From Polyangiales bacterium (GTDB lineage Bacteria > Myxococcota_A > Polyangia > Polyangiales > Polyangiaceae), in the NCBI GenBank assembly GCA_038230375.1, contig JBBRNJ010000085.1, forward strand, positions 1-36,092: a stretch of DNA of 36,092 bases. Reading direction: 5' to 3'. Shown here piece after piece: positions 1-8,781 of the stretch. Under the pieces are notes generated by a model. That model was not told where the DNA came from and did no database searches. It saw only the letters and a program-made list of their open reading frames with translations. How positions within the stretch are numbered: the first letter of the stretch is position 1; the number at the start of each line of letters is the position of its first letter. A program made the translations under genes and the position numbers.

Positions 1-405
1 CCTGCGAAATTCGCCGAGCGTGCGTGCAAGGTGACGCAGATGCGGCGGGTCGTCCTGCGCCGTCTCTCCCGTCGCGACCCCCGAGAGCGCCCGTGCGAGC
101 GCGCCGTCCTCACGCGTCTCTTCGACGAACTCGATCACGTCGTCGAACGCGTCGTCGAGCTCGCTCTCCGCGTCGTCGAACCTCGAGGTGCGTTCGCGTA
201 AGAGCTGGACCACACCGCTCACGTGGAGCGGCTCCGAGAGCGCAAGATCCAGCGCAGCGACCATCTCCAGCGTTCGTGGCGCATGCCGCAGCGCCGCGAG
301 CCTGCGCCTTGCGAGCGCGACATGATGCTCGAGCGCGGGCCGCACGTGCTCTGGCAGGATGTCGTTCCAGGGAATGGGAAATCGGACCTCGTGGAGCGGG
401 TTCAC
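1..405 (-). CDS. M3 family (oligopeptidase A-like) metallopeptidase, N-terminal part; runs off the window start
   Basis: Not in the ORF track. Manual translation from GTG at 405 is open to base 1: MNPLHEVRFPIPWNDILPEHVRPALEHHVALARRRLAAL...LRHLARTLGEFRR, resembling the NPL..P(F/W)..I.PEHV.PA and L.(D/E)FRR segments of M3A peptidases. The catalytic HEXXH would lie outside the window. Confidence 0.65.
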   Translation of the reverse strand, partial: MNPLHEVRFPIPWNDILPEHVRPALEHHVALARRRLAALRHAPRTLEMVAALDLALSEPLHVSGVVQLLRERTSRFDDAESELDDAFDDVIEFVEETREDGALARALSGVATGETAQDDPPHLRHLARTLGEFRR

Positions 406-414
406 GCGCCCAGT

Positions 415-1362
415 CTACGTGACCTTGAAGTCGGAGAGCCACGCGAGCAGCGCCTTCACGCTTCCGGTCGCGAGCCCGATGCTCGTGTCTGCAGCGCCGT
501 AGTAGACGCGGAGCGTGTCGCCGTCGTCTGCCAGCGTGACGCCGCACGGAAAGACGACGTTCGGCACGTCCCCGCTGCGCTCGTAAGGAGCCTCCGGACC
601 AAAGATCCAGGAGTCACCGCGCGCGATGCAGCGATCGGGTGCTTCGAGCGCGAAGAGCGCCGCGCCAATACGATAAAGGGCGCCGCCGGCGGTGACCCTC
701 ACGCCGTGATAGAGCATGAGCCAGCCAGCGCTGGTCTCGATCAGCGGCGGCGAGAGCCCCACCTTGCTTGCGTCCCACCATCCGCCCTTGCGCGCCTGGA
801 GCATGGGCTTGTGATTGCCCCAGTTGCGGAGGTCTGGCGAGAACGAGATCCACATGTGCGCGCCCCAGAGCGTGGCGGGCCTGTGGATGAGCGCCCATTG
901 TCCGTCGATCCTTCGGGGCAAGAGGGCCGCGTCCTTGTCGTCCGGCTGCATGACAAGGCCGAGGCGCTCGAATGTGCGGAAATCCTCGGTTGACGCGAGC
1001 GCCACGCCGGGCCCGTCCTTGCCGTACGCGGTGTACGCAATGACGTACTTCGCGAGCTCCGGCACGAAGGTGATGCGCGGATCCTCGACGCCCCAGAGCT
1101 CTTCGGGGTGAGTGTCGGGCCGTGCGGGAAACGTCGGCTCGGGATCGATGACCCAGCCGTCGACGCCGTTCACGGAGCGCGCGGCGGAGAGGTGCGAGTG
1201 GCCCTGGTGGTCCTCGACGCGGCAGAGCAGCAGCGTCGAGCCATCCTTGAGGCGCGTCGCAGCGGGATTGAAGACCGTGTGCGCCTCGTAGGGCCAGTCG
1301 GCCGCCGTGAGGATCGGGTTTTTTCCGTGCCGCTGGAAGCAGGCGCCGTTCCTCCTGCTCAA
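415..1362 (-). CDS. GH130 family glycoside phosphorylase/hydrolase
   Basis: Motifs VFNPAA, GVEDPRI, DDKDAALLP, LIHRP, SKVG, LYHGV, NVVFPCG, YYGAAD; start overlaps the GT4 stop by 4 nt. Confidence 0.88.
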   Translation of the reverse strand: MSRRNGACFQRHGKNPILTAADWPYEAHTVFNPAATRLKDGSTLLLCRVEDHQGHSHLSAARSVNGVDGWVIDPEPTFPARPDTHPEELWGVEDPRITFVPELAKYVIAYTAYGKDGPGVALASTEDFRTFERLGLVMQPDDKDAALLPRRIDGQWALIHRPATLWGAHMWISFSPDLRNWGNHKPMLQARKGGWWDASKVGLSPPLIETSAGWLMLYHGVRVTAGGALYRIGAALFALEAPDRCIARGDSWIFGPEAPYERSGDVPNVVFPCGVTLADDGDTLRVYYGAADTSIGLATGSVKALLAWLSDFKVT

Positions 1363-3695
1363 GACGAGAGCTCCTTCCAGGAGCGCTTCGTGGCCTCCGA
1401 TGGAGCGGTGCTGTCAGGCGGCGGCGCGAGCCTGGCGACGGCCGCGGCGCACGAGTGCATCTCCACGAGGGCCATCAGGAAGGAGAGCGTGGACTCCGCG
1501 CCCTGGTTCTGGTTCACGCGGTCCTGGTGGAGGCCGTCGCGACATCCGCCGGTGGAAGCGTCGTAGAGCGGGAGCTCCAGATCGTTGTGGCCCAAGAACC
1601 ACGTGAACTGCTTGCGCGCGAGCGCGAGCCACGAGGCGTCCGAAGTGCGGCGATGGGCCTCGAGGCAGGCGGAGACCATCGCGCAGGCCTCCACGGGCTG
1701 TTGGTCGAAGCGCGCGCGCTCTCCGCCGCGCACGTGGAAGCCGTTCGAGCCGATCGGCGCGAAGCAGCCGCCTCGACCTCGCTGAACGGACACGAGCCAT
1801 TCGAGAGAGCGAAGGCCAATCGACGTCATGCGCTCGTTCGCGAGCCAGCCTCCAGACACCAGCATCGCCTGTGAGAGGCGCGCGTTGCCGTAGGTCAGGC
1901 TCTCCTCGAACCATGGCCATGCCTCCGAGCTGGCGCGATCGTGGATGTCCACCAGACGAAGCGCGAGCCGCTCCTGAAGCGCCTGCACCTGGCTGTCACC
2001 GCGGAAGGCGCGGAGGTACTCGTCGATGCCGAGCAGCGAGTATGCCCACGCGCGCGGGCTGGTGAACGAATCGATGGCCGGCAGCGCGGAATGAAAGAGC
2101 TGTCCCGCGAGGCTCTGTCTGCCCGGCGTGACGCTGCGCCCAACCACCGTGCCCAGAGACCAGAGCGCGCGGCCGTGGCTGTCCTCGGAGCCGACGGCCT
2201 CGAGCCACTGCCGCGAGTGGGACATGAAATTCCGGAAGCGGCCGGTCTCCTGCGAGAATGCGTCGTCGATGAACGCGAGGTAGCGCATACCCATGTCGCC
2301 CGCGATCGAGGCTGCGCCCTCCGCGTCCTCCATCAGCGCCGTGAACAAGAGCGCGCGCGCGTTGTCGTCCGTGCAATAGCCGTCGCGGTAGCGCGGCACG
2401 TTGAAGGTCGCATGCTGGAGCAAGCCGGTGTCGTCCGTCATGGCGCGCAGATGGTCGAGCTTCACCTGCGGAAGCTCGACACGGCGCTGCGACTGCGACA
2501 GTGCGCGCTTCGCGTCTCGGCTTCGCTGCTCGTAGTCGACCTTCGCGCGCTCGAACGATGCCAGCGTCTGGTTTGCCACCACACGCCAGCTCATCTTCGC
2601 GCCGAACTCGGCCGCGCGCTGCTGCAGGCTGGCGCGCTTCGCCGGTTCGAGGAAGATCGAGATTGCCTCGGCCGCGATCGCAGCGGAGTCGCGCGAGGGC
2701 ACGAGCATGCCGCGCCCGTCCGCCAGGAGCTCCTTCGCGTAGGTGTACGGCGTGGAGATGATCGCCTTGCCCGCGCCCACCGCGTAGGCAAGCGTTCCCG
2801 AGGTGATCTGCTCCGCCTTCAGGTATGGAGTCACGTAGATGTCTGCCGCGGACAGGAACTCCAGGAGCTCCGGCATCGTGACGAAGCGGTCGTGGAAGAC
2901 CACATTGGACAGCACGCCAAGCTTCTCGGCGCGACTCTGGAGCATCAAGCGATAGGTCTCGCCGTGGTGAGCCTTCACGTGCGGGTGCGTCTCGCCGACC
3001 ACCATGTAGAGCGCGTTGGGGACGCGCTCGAGGATGGCCGGAAGCGCGTCGATCACGTACTCCACGCCCTTGTCCGGGGACAGGAGGCCAAACGTGAGGA
3101 TCACTTGACGATCCATGACGCCGAGCGAGCGGCGGCTCGTGTCATCGCGTGGCACGGTCGGGATTCCGTGCGGGATGAAGTCGATCTTGTCCGGCGACAC
3201 GCCGTGGACCTGGGAGAGCAACCGTCCGCCGTTCTCGCTCATCACGATGATGCGTTCGGACAGTTCGGTGAGCCGGCTCATCACGGCCCTCTGATCGGCG
3301 CTGGGCTCGGCGAGGATGGTGTGAAGCGTGGTGACGATCGGCGCCCGCACATCGGCAAGCAGCGAGAGCAGGTGTGCGCCCGCCTTGCCACCGAAGATGC
3401 CGTACTCGTGCTGCACCGACACCACGTCCGCCGCCGTCACGTTCAGAAAGTCGGCTGCGCGCTGATAGGAGGCGGGGTCTGCTTGCTCGATCTCGAACCG
3501 GACGGCCTCCGGATACGCGTAGGTCTTGCCGACGTCGTTCATTGCGACCACGAACGCGTCAAGGCCGGGGCGGGCCATGCGGACCTCCGACAGGAGATCG
3601 GTGGTGAACGTGGCGATCCCGCAGTGGCGCGGCAAATGGTTGCCCAGCATGGCGAGCCGCTGGATGGGCTCACCGGCCTCTCGTTTTCGGATCAT
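1359..3695 (-). CDS. GT4 glycosyltransferase fused to an uncharacterised C-terminal domain
   Basis: N-terminal GT-B motifs (PRHCGIATFT, QHEYGIFGG, FGLLSPDKG, EQITSGTLAYA); C-terminal region with DDTGLLQHA, GYCTDDNARAL, FDQQPVE, NQGAESTL; Shine-Dalgarno AGGAG before the ATG. Confidence 0.9.
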   Translation of the reverse strand: MIRKREAGEPIQRLAMLGNHLPRHCGIATFTTDLLSEVRMARPGLDAFVVAMNDVGKTYAYPEAVRFEIEQADPASYQRAADFLNVTAADVVSVQHEYGIFGGKAGAHLLSLLADVRAPIVTTLHTILAEPSADQRAVMSRLTELSERIIVMSENGGRLLSQVHGVSPDKIDFIPHGIPTVPRDDTSRRSLGVMDRQVILTFGLLSPDKGVEYVIDALPAILERVPNALYMVVGETHPHVKAHHGETYRLMLQSRAEKLGVLSNVVFHDRFVTMPELLEFLSAADIYVTPYLKAEQITSGTLAYAVGAGKAIISTPYTYAKELLADGRGMLVPSRDSAAIAAEAISIFLEPAKRASLQQRAAEFGAKMSWRVVANQTLASFERAKVDYEQRSRDAKRALSQSQRRVELPQVKLDHLRAMTDDTGLLQHATFNVPRYRDGYCTDDNARALLFTALMEDAEGAASIAGDMGMRYLAFIDDAFSQETGRFRNFMSHSRQWLEAVGSEDSHGRALWSLGTVVGRSVTPGRQSLAGQLFHSALPAIDSFTSPRAWAYSLLGIDEYLRAFRGDSQVQALQERLALRLVDIHDRASSEAWPWFEESLTYGNARLSQAMLVSGGWLANERMTSIGLRSLEWLVSVQRGRGGCFAPIGSNGFHVRGGERARFDQQPVEACAMVSACLEAHRRTSDASWLALARKQFTWFLGHNDLELPLYDASTGGCRDGLHQDRVNQNQGAESTLSFLMALVEMHSCAAAVARLAPPPDSTAPSEATKRSWKELSS

Positions 3696-4018
3696 GGGAA
3701 CTCCTCGTGAGCGCGCGGTTCATGGTCACGCGCAGAGGGCCGTCACGCTCGACGGTCGCCCACGAAGGCGCGGAGTATGCCCCTCATCGGCCCTTTGCGA
3801 TAGCCGTGCGTTCTGCAAGAACGCCGCACGTCAGAAGCGTCGCGCTCGGATACGACGCGGCGCTCCTCTTCGCTCCGATCGCACGGCCAACGCGAAATCC
3901 ACTGGTAAAATGGCTGGATCATCGCTGCAAGTTGTCGCGACGAAGATACGGATTGTCTATTGCGCGGCTCCGCTCGCGGCGCGGGTAGCAACGCGCACCC
4001 TCGCGCGTAAGGTACAAC

Positions 4019-5212
4019 ATGCGCTTCTATTCCCTCGCGGTCGCCACCGCGCTCACCACCTTCTTCGTCGCAGCGTGCTCGTCCCCAGCCTCTGACAACG
4101 GCTTCGGGCCACAGGGCAGCGGACAAGGCGCCTCCGGCAATACCGGAAGCGGAGCAGGGCCGGGCGGCGGTGGGTTCGGAGGGGGCAACGGCGGTGGCAA
4201 CAACGGCGGCGGTGGTGGTGGCGGTGGAACGATCGGCCAGGTCGACAAGACGGCGTCCTGCGATACCGGCCTCGCGATCGACGGTGACGCGGCCTCGTTC
4301 GCGAAGGCGCTCGGCGTGTGCACTGCAGCGGACAAGGAAGGCTTCGGCCTGGTGAGCGCGAGCTACTCGAAGGCCTTCGGGTCCTCGACCGCGCCGCACG
4401 CCGGGCAATGGGGCCTGCTTCCCAAATTCGGCACCACCATCCAACCGCGGGAAGGCGGCACGCTGGGCGTCCTCAGCTCCGGCTACGCACGTGAGTACGA
4501 CAACATCAACGGCAGCAGCGGAAGCATCTCGTCGGCCGCGTTCGTCGCGCAGCGAGAGCTCAACGGGACGAAGTTCCCGACCGGCGCCGCACCGCCCGGC
4601 TTCCCGAAGGCCGCGAAGGGCTGCGCGCAGGACAACGTGGTCAACGACATGATCGACGTGAAGCTGACGCTCAAGGCACCCATGGACGCCACTGGATTCC
4701 AGTTCGACTTCGACTTCTACTCGAGCGAGTGGCCGAACTACGTGTGCTCGAACTACAACGATGCGTTCATCGCGTATCTCACGTCGAAGAAGCTCACGGA
4801 CAACGTCTCGTTCGACGCGAAGAACAATCCGGTCGCCGTGAACAACGACTACTTCGACCGCTGCACGTCGAAGGCGCCGATCGCCTGCCTGCGCTCGGAC
4901 AACCCCGCGTCGCCGGACGCGCCCCTGTCCATGTCGTCGTGCGACGGCGGCCCTGACGAGCTCGCCGGGACGGGCTTCGCGTTCACCGGCGCGACCCAGT
5001 GCACCACCAAGAACGTCACAGCAACCCTGGGCGGGGCCACGGGCTGGCTCACCACGCAGGCGCCTATCGAGCCGGGCGAGACCTTCACCCTCGAGTTCAT
5101 GATCTGGGACGCGGGCGACGGCGCGCTGGACTCCAGCGTGCTCCTGGACAACTTCAAGTGGATCGGCGGCTCCACACCGCCCTCGACACCATCCACGACT
5201 CGCGTGAACTGA
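4019..5212 (+). CDS. Lipoprotein with choice-of-anchor L-like domain and Gly-rich linker
   Basis: Lipobox VAAC; Gly/Asn linker; FDFDFYSSEWP.YVCS.YND, GGATGWL and IWDAGD..LDSSVLLDNF segments typical of this myxobacterial surface family. Confidence 0.75.
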   Translation: MRFYSLAVATALTTFFVAACSSPASDNGFGPQGSGQGASGNTGSGAGPGGGGFGGGNGGGNNGGGGGGGGTIGQVDKTASCDTGLAIDGDAASFAKALGVCTAADKEGFGLVSASYSKAFGSSTAPHAGQWGLLPKFGTTIQPREGGTLGVLSSGYAREYDNINGSSGSISSAAFVAQRELNGTKFPTGAAPPGFPKAAKGCAQDNVVNDMIDVKLTLKAPMDATGFQFDFDFYSSEWPNYVCSNYNDAFIAYLTSKKLTDNVSFDAKNNPVAVNNDYFDRCTSKAPIACLRSDNPASPDAPLSMSSCDGGPDELAGTGFAFTGATQCTTKNVTATLGGATGWLTTQAPIEPGETFTLEFMIWDAGDGALDSSVLLDNFKWIGGSTPPSTPSTTRVN

Positions 5213-5238
5213 CGCACCTCGCGTAAGGTGGAGGTCCG

Positions 5239-6489
5239 ATGAGGAACTCCAGCATGGCATTGAGCGTCGTATTCGTCGCCGCGCTCTGTGCCTGCGGGGC
5301 CCGTACGGCGCTCGGCGATCCGTCCGGCGACGGGACCACCTCGCCGGATGGAGGAGCAGGTACTGCTACCGCCTCGTGCGGCGCCGGAAAGGGCACGGTC
5401 GTCGCGATCACGGTGGATGGGCCGGACCCGTCCCATGAGCCGGAGAGCGCGCCACACCTCGTGTGGACCGGCTCGGAGATCCTGCTCGCGTGGACGAACT
5501 GGACCAGCGGGGCCTACGATCTTCGACTGGCGGCGCTACAGCTCGCACCCGGCGCGGTCACCGTCTCGGCGATCACGTCCGCGGACCCGGGCAACACGGA
5601 CAATCCTTTCAACGCCAGCGTCGCCTGGGACGGCACCTCACTCGCGCGCTTCTGGGCGCAGGACGACGGCAGCATCGTCATGCAGCGATTTGGTTCTGAC
5701 ACGACGGCGCTCGGCGACCGCAAGACGGTGTTCGGGCCCACGACGGGTCAGACGATCTCGTCGGACGTGCTCTTCTCGCAGGGGGCCTTCCTCCTCACAT
5801 TCTCGGTCCAGATCACAGACGGCTGGGTCACGAGCAGCGAGCGCATCTCGCCCACCGGTAAGATCGCCGCTGGACCCACGCTGCTCTACAGCGGCTCGGG
5901 TTACGATCTCGGCGCCCGTCTGCTGTCGTCAGGCGATCGCCTGTTCGCGGTGTGGTCCACCCATCCGGAGACGAGTCCAGAGACACCCGTCACCACCGTG
6001 CTCGCCACCCTGGAGCCAGCGACGGGGGCGGTGCTCACCTCGGAGACCGTCGACGTGGGCATGGACCACGGACCCTCGGGCATCGCCGCGGAGCCCACGC
6101 GGCTCGACATCGCGGTGGGAATACCATTCGCTTCCACGAGCGTGTTCTCGCGCGACCTCGCGGGCGCTGGTGCCTTTGCCAGCCGTCTCACCTTCGACTC
6201 CACCGATGGCGTTGCTCTTGCTGCTGGCGACTGCGGTCTTGCCGCGCTCGTCCCGTCGGGCGAGTACATGAAGGACAATCCGCTGTCGAACGCGCTCGCG
6301 GTTCAGCGCCTTGGCGAGCAGGGCATTCTTGGTGATGTACTGCCGTTGCCCGTGCAGGGCCAGTGGCTCGAGAGCTACTCGTTCGTCGCGGTCCCTGGCG
6401 GCTATGTCGCTGCGTGGGTCGAAGGCGGCAACGGCGATCCGCAGCAACCGAACCGCGCGCTTCGCGTCGCGTATGTCACGTTCGAATGA
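5239..6489 (+). CDS. Hypothetical lipoprotein, beta-rich
   Basis: SD GGAGG; signal peptide ending ALCAC-GART; repeated beta-strand segments (LVWTGSE, VAWDGTS, YVAAWVE). Confidence 0.75.
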   Translation: MRNSSMALSVVFVAALCACGARTALGDPSGDGTTSPDGGAGTATASCGAGKGTVVAITVDGPDPSHEPESAPHLVWTGSEILLAWTNWTSGAYDLRLAALQLAPGAVTVSAITSADPGNTDNPFNASVAWDGTSLARFWAQDDGSIVMQRFGSDTTALGDRKTVFGPTTGQTISSDVLFSQGAFLLTFSVQITDGWVTSSERISPTGKIAAGPTLLYSGSGYDLGARLLSSGDRLFAVWSTHPETSPETPVTTVLATLEPATGAVLTSETVDVGMDHGPSGIAAEPTRLDIAVGIPFASTSVFSRDLAGAGAFASRLTFDSTDGVALAAGDCGLAALVPSGEYMKDNPLSNALAVQRLGEQGILGDVLPLPVQGQWLESYSFVAVPGGYVAAWVEGGNGDPQQPNRALRVAYVTFE

Positions 6490-6498
6490 ACCGAACGC

Positions 6499-7569
6499 TC
6501 ACTTGACCAGCGCCGCGAGCTCTCGCGTGTAGTCGTTCGCGGTGTAGCTGGTGCTGGCACGCCCGCGGCGGTGCGTCGCGAGGTCGGTGCAGAGCCGCGC
6601 AGAGCCCCAGTCCGCGGACGCAGTCGCTACGGGACCAAGGAGCTGGTACCTGCCGGTGGTGGCGTCGAGCGCCATCACGCCTGAGCCCGACGTGCCGTGG
6701 CAGCCAAAGAGGTCGGTCCACACGGTGGTGCCTTCACGACGCAAGCGCGTTCGCGGAACGCCAGGCGACCACTCGGCAGACACGAGCGGGAGGAGCTGAT
6801 TTCGCCCCTCGAAGTAGTGCAGGTTCTGCTGACCGCTCTCATCCGCGGTCGTGTAGTGGAGGAACAGGTCGGTTCCCGCGGCATTGCTCGTGGGTGGACG
6901 CGACGTTGGCGCGGTGTAGATCTCGTGGAACCAGAAGACGCGGGCGGCCCCTTTCTCGGGATCCTTGGCCGCGACGGTGACGGGCGCGCGATCGGCCGGC
7001 AGACCAGGGCTGCACGAGAGCATCATGATGTCCGCGTCGTCGGCGGTTGCCTTGGGCGGACAGGCGTACGCGCCGAACTTGCAGCGATGGATGATGTGAC
7101 ACGTCGTCTCGGTGGCGGTGTAGCCGCTGTCGATCGTCTTGTGCTTGTAGCCGGGGAACGTGCCGGAGAGCCTGGCCGCGCTCTTGTAGTCGGCGGTCGC
7201 GTCCACGTCGATGAACTGCACCGTGAGCGCCGTGGCAGTCGGGTCCGGCACGTCGACGTCGTCGGCGCAGTGCGCAGCGGTGATCGCGTGCGTGCGGTCG
7301 ATGAACGTGACGCCGCACGAGCTCCGGATGGGCGTGCCGTCGATCGCCTTCACGCGCTTGCCCGCGGCATCCATACGCGGCACCAGCAGGGCGCCGGTTG
7401 CGCGCTGAGCGTCGTCGAGCACGGCGTCGAGGTTGGTCGCCACCACGTAGTGCTGCGACAACGAGAGCTGCACGTCGGACGCGGACGAGTCGTCCGCAGA
7501 CGGCGCAGCGTCACCGCAGCCTGCAAGGAGCAACAGCGCGAAGACCGCTGGTCTGGCCCCGATCGTCAT
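6499..7569 (-). CDS. Trypsin-like (S1/PA clan) serine protease lipoprotein
   Basis: Start moved to ATG 7569 (GGAAGG upstream); lipobox LAGC; triad motifs ITAAHC, ADIMML, GCHGTSGSG. Confidence 0.8.
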   Translation of the reverse strand: MTIGARPAVFALLLLAGCGDAAPSADDSSASDVQLSLSQHYVVATNLDAVLDDAQRATGALLVPRMDAAGKRVKAIDGTPIRSSCGVTFIDRTHAITAAHCADDVDVPDPTATALTVQFIDVDATADYKSAARLSGTFPGYKHKTIDSGYTATETTCHIIHRCKFGAYACPPKATADDADIMMLSCSPGLPADRAPVTVAAKDPEKGAARVFWFHEIYTAPTSRPPTSNAAGTDLFLHYTTADESGQQNLHYFEGRNQLLPLVSAEWSPGVPRTRLRREGTTVWTDLFGCHGTSGSGVMALDATTGRYQLLGPVATASADWGSARLCTDLATHRRGRASTSYTANDYTRELAALVK

Positions 7570-7962
7570 CGTCCCTTCCGAGCGAGCAAGATGCGCGCCG
7601 CGCCGTTCCCCTTGAAATTCCCTTGGTACCACTGGAGCTGGTCTCTGGCAGAGGCTGGCTCGGGACCGCGGAGATCACACACGAGATCACGAAAGATCCA
7701 CCCCCCCGCACCAGCGATGACGGCCAGAAAAGATTCAAGGCGACGACGAAACGCTCGTTACTCAACTCACGAAGGGCACCACGCCCTGTGGGGAGGGATC
7801 GATGCGTCATCGTTCAATGTGTCTCGGACTCGTGGCAGCGCTCGTGGTTCTGGGAGGGGCGGCGTGCAGCGTGACCGCCGCGGATCAGAATGCACCGGGT
7901 GCGGCGGCCTCTTCTGCGTCGCAGACTGGCGGTAACTTCACGTTGAAGGGACGGAGCTACAA

Positions 7963-8769
7963 ATGAAGCTGAAGCACCTCCTCGCGGCATCCGTGCTCCT
8001 CGGTTCATGCCTTGCGATTCCCTCCGCGCGTGCGTCGGTCACGGCGTCTGTCTTCGAGCTGAAGATCTACAAGTTCGCGGTGTCGACCAGTGAGGACTGC
8101 TCCAACCCGATCATCGTCTATGAGAACGCTGCGCCGGAGTACTCCGACTTCGCGAAGGGCCCCACGTTCGGCAGTTGGCACCTCGCCGACGGCACGTACA
8201 AGTGCGTGATGTTCGAGATGTCGGACCATATTCGCTACACCCCCGGGACGAACGAAGGCGCGTGCCTGCAAGGCAAGGCGTACACCGACGACGTATGCCG
8301 CAAGCACGGTGACGGAGGGTCGGGCGGCGGCGGGGGCCCGAACGGCGGACCCGGTGATGGCGGACCCGGCGAGGGTGGGTCCGGTGGTGGTGGGCCCAAC
8401 GGCGGACCCGGTGGCGGACCCGGCGATGGTGGACCGAACGGCGGCGGTGGCGGAGGGATGGGCGGTGGCAAAGAGGAGGTTGTCACCCTTCTCGATGGCA
8501 CGACGTTCACCTGCCAGGACGGTGATGTCGACGAGCGCGTTGCCGTCTACCTCTCCATCGCGTCTTCTGACACCCAACACGGCAATGCGTTCTCGCCGCC
8601 GACCAGCGCGAGCGACACCGCACGCGGGATCAAGCTCGGCTCGCCGCTCATCGTGAACGGCGCTGCCATAGGAACGTTCGTCGTGGATGCGCACGGCAAG
8701 ATCTCTTCGGGGATGGACAATGGTGTCGAGCAGTGCGGAATGGATCCGCCCGACTTCAGCTTCGAGTGA
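7963..8769 (+). CDS. Secreted hypothetical protein with Gly/Pro-rich insertion
   Basis: SD GGAG; signal peptide ending ARA; several Cys; GGPNGGPG repeats in the middle. Confidence 0.75.
   Translation: MKLKHLLAASVLLGSCLAIPSARASVTASVFELKIYKFAVSTSEDCSNPIIVYENAAPEYSDFAKGPTFGSWHLADGTYKCVMFEMSDHIRYTPGTNEGACLQGKAYTDDVCRKHGDGGSGGGGGPNGGPGDGGPGEGGSGGGGPNGGPGGGPGDGGPNGGGGGGMGGGKEEVVTLLDGTTFTCQDGDVDERVAVYLSIASSDTQHGNAFSPPTSASDTARGIKLGSPLIVNGAAIGTFVVDAHGKISSGMDNGVEQCGMDPPDFSFE
8308..8469 (+). repeat. Imperfect in-frame repeats encoding GGSGGGGGPNGGPG(D/E)
   Basis: Recurring ggcggacccgg and ccNaacggcgg units. Confidence 0.8.
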
Positions 8770-8781
8770 GCAGGCACACCA

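Noticed and set aside
215..231. CCGCTC-ACGTG-GAGCGG palindrome as parS
   Set aside because: Arms do not match GTT..AAC and it lies inside a coding region.
7570..7962. sigma54 promoter or sRNA in the 393-bp gap (GAGATCAC repeats, TGGCA motifs)
   Set aside because: The TGGC candidates checked lack GG-N10-GC spacing, and the repeats are too short to support a call.
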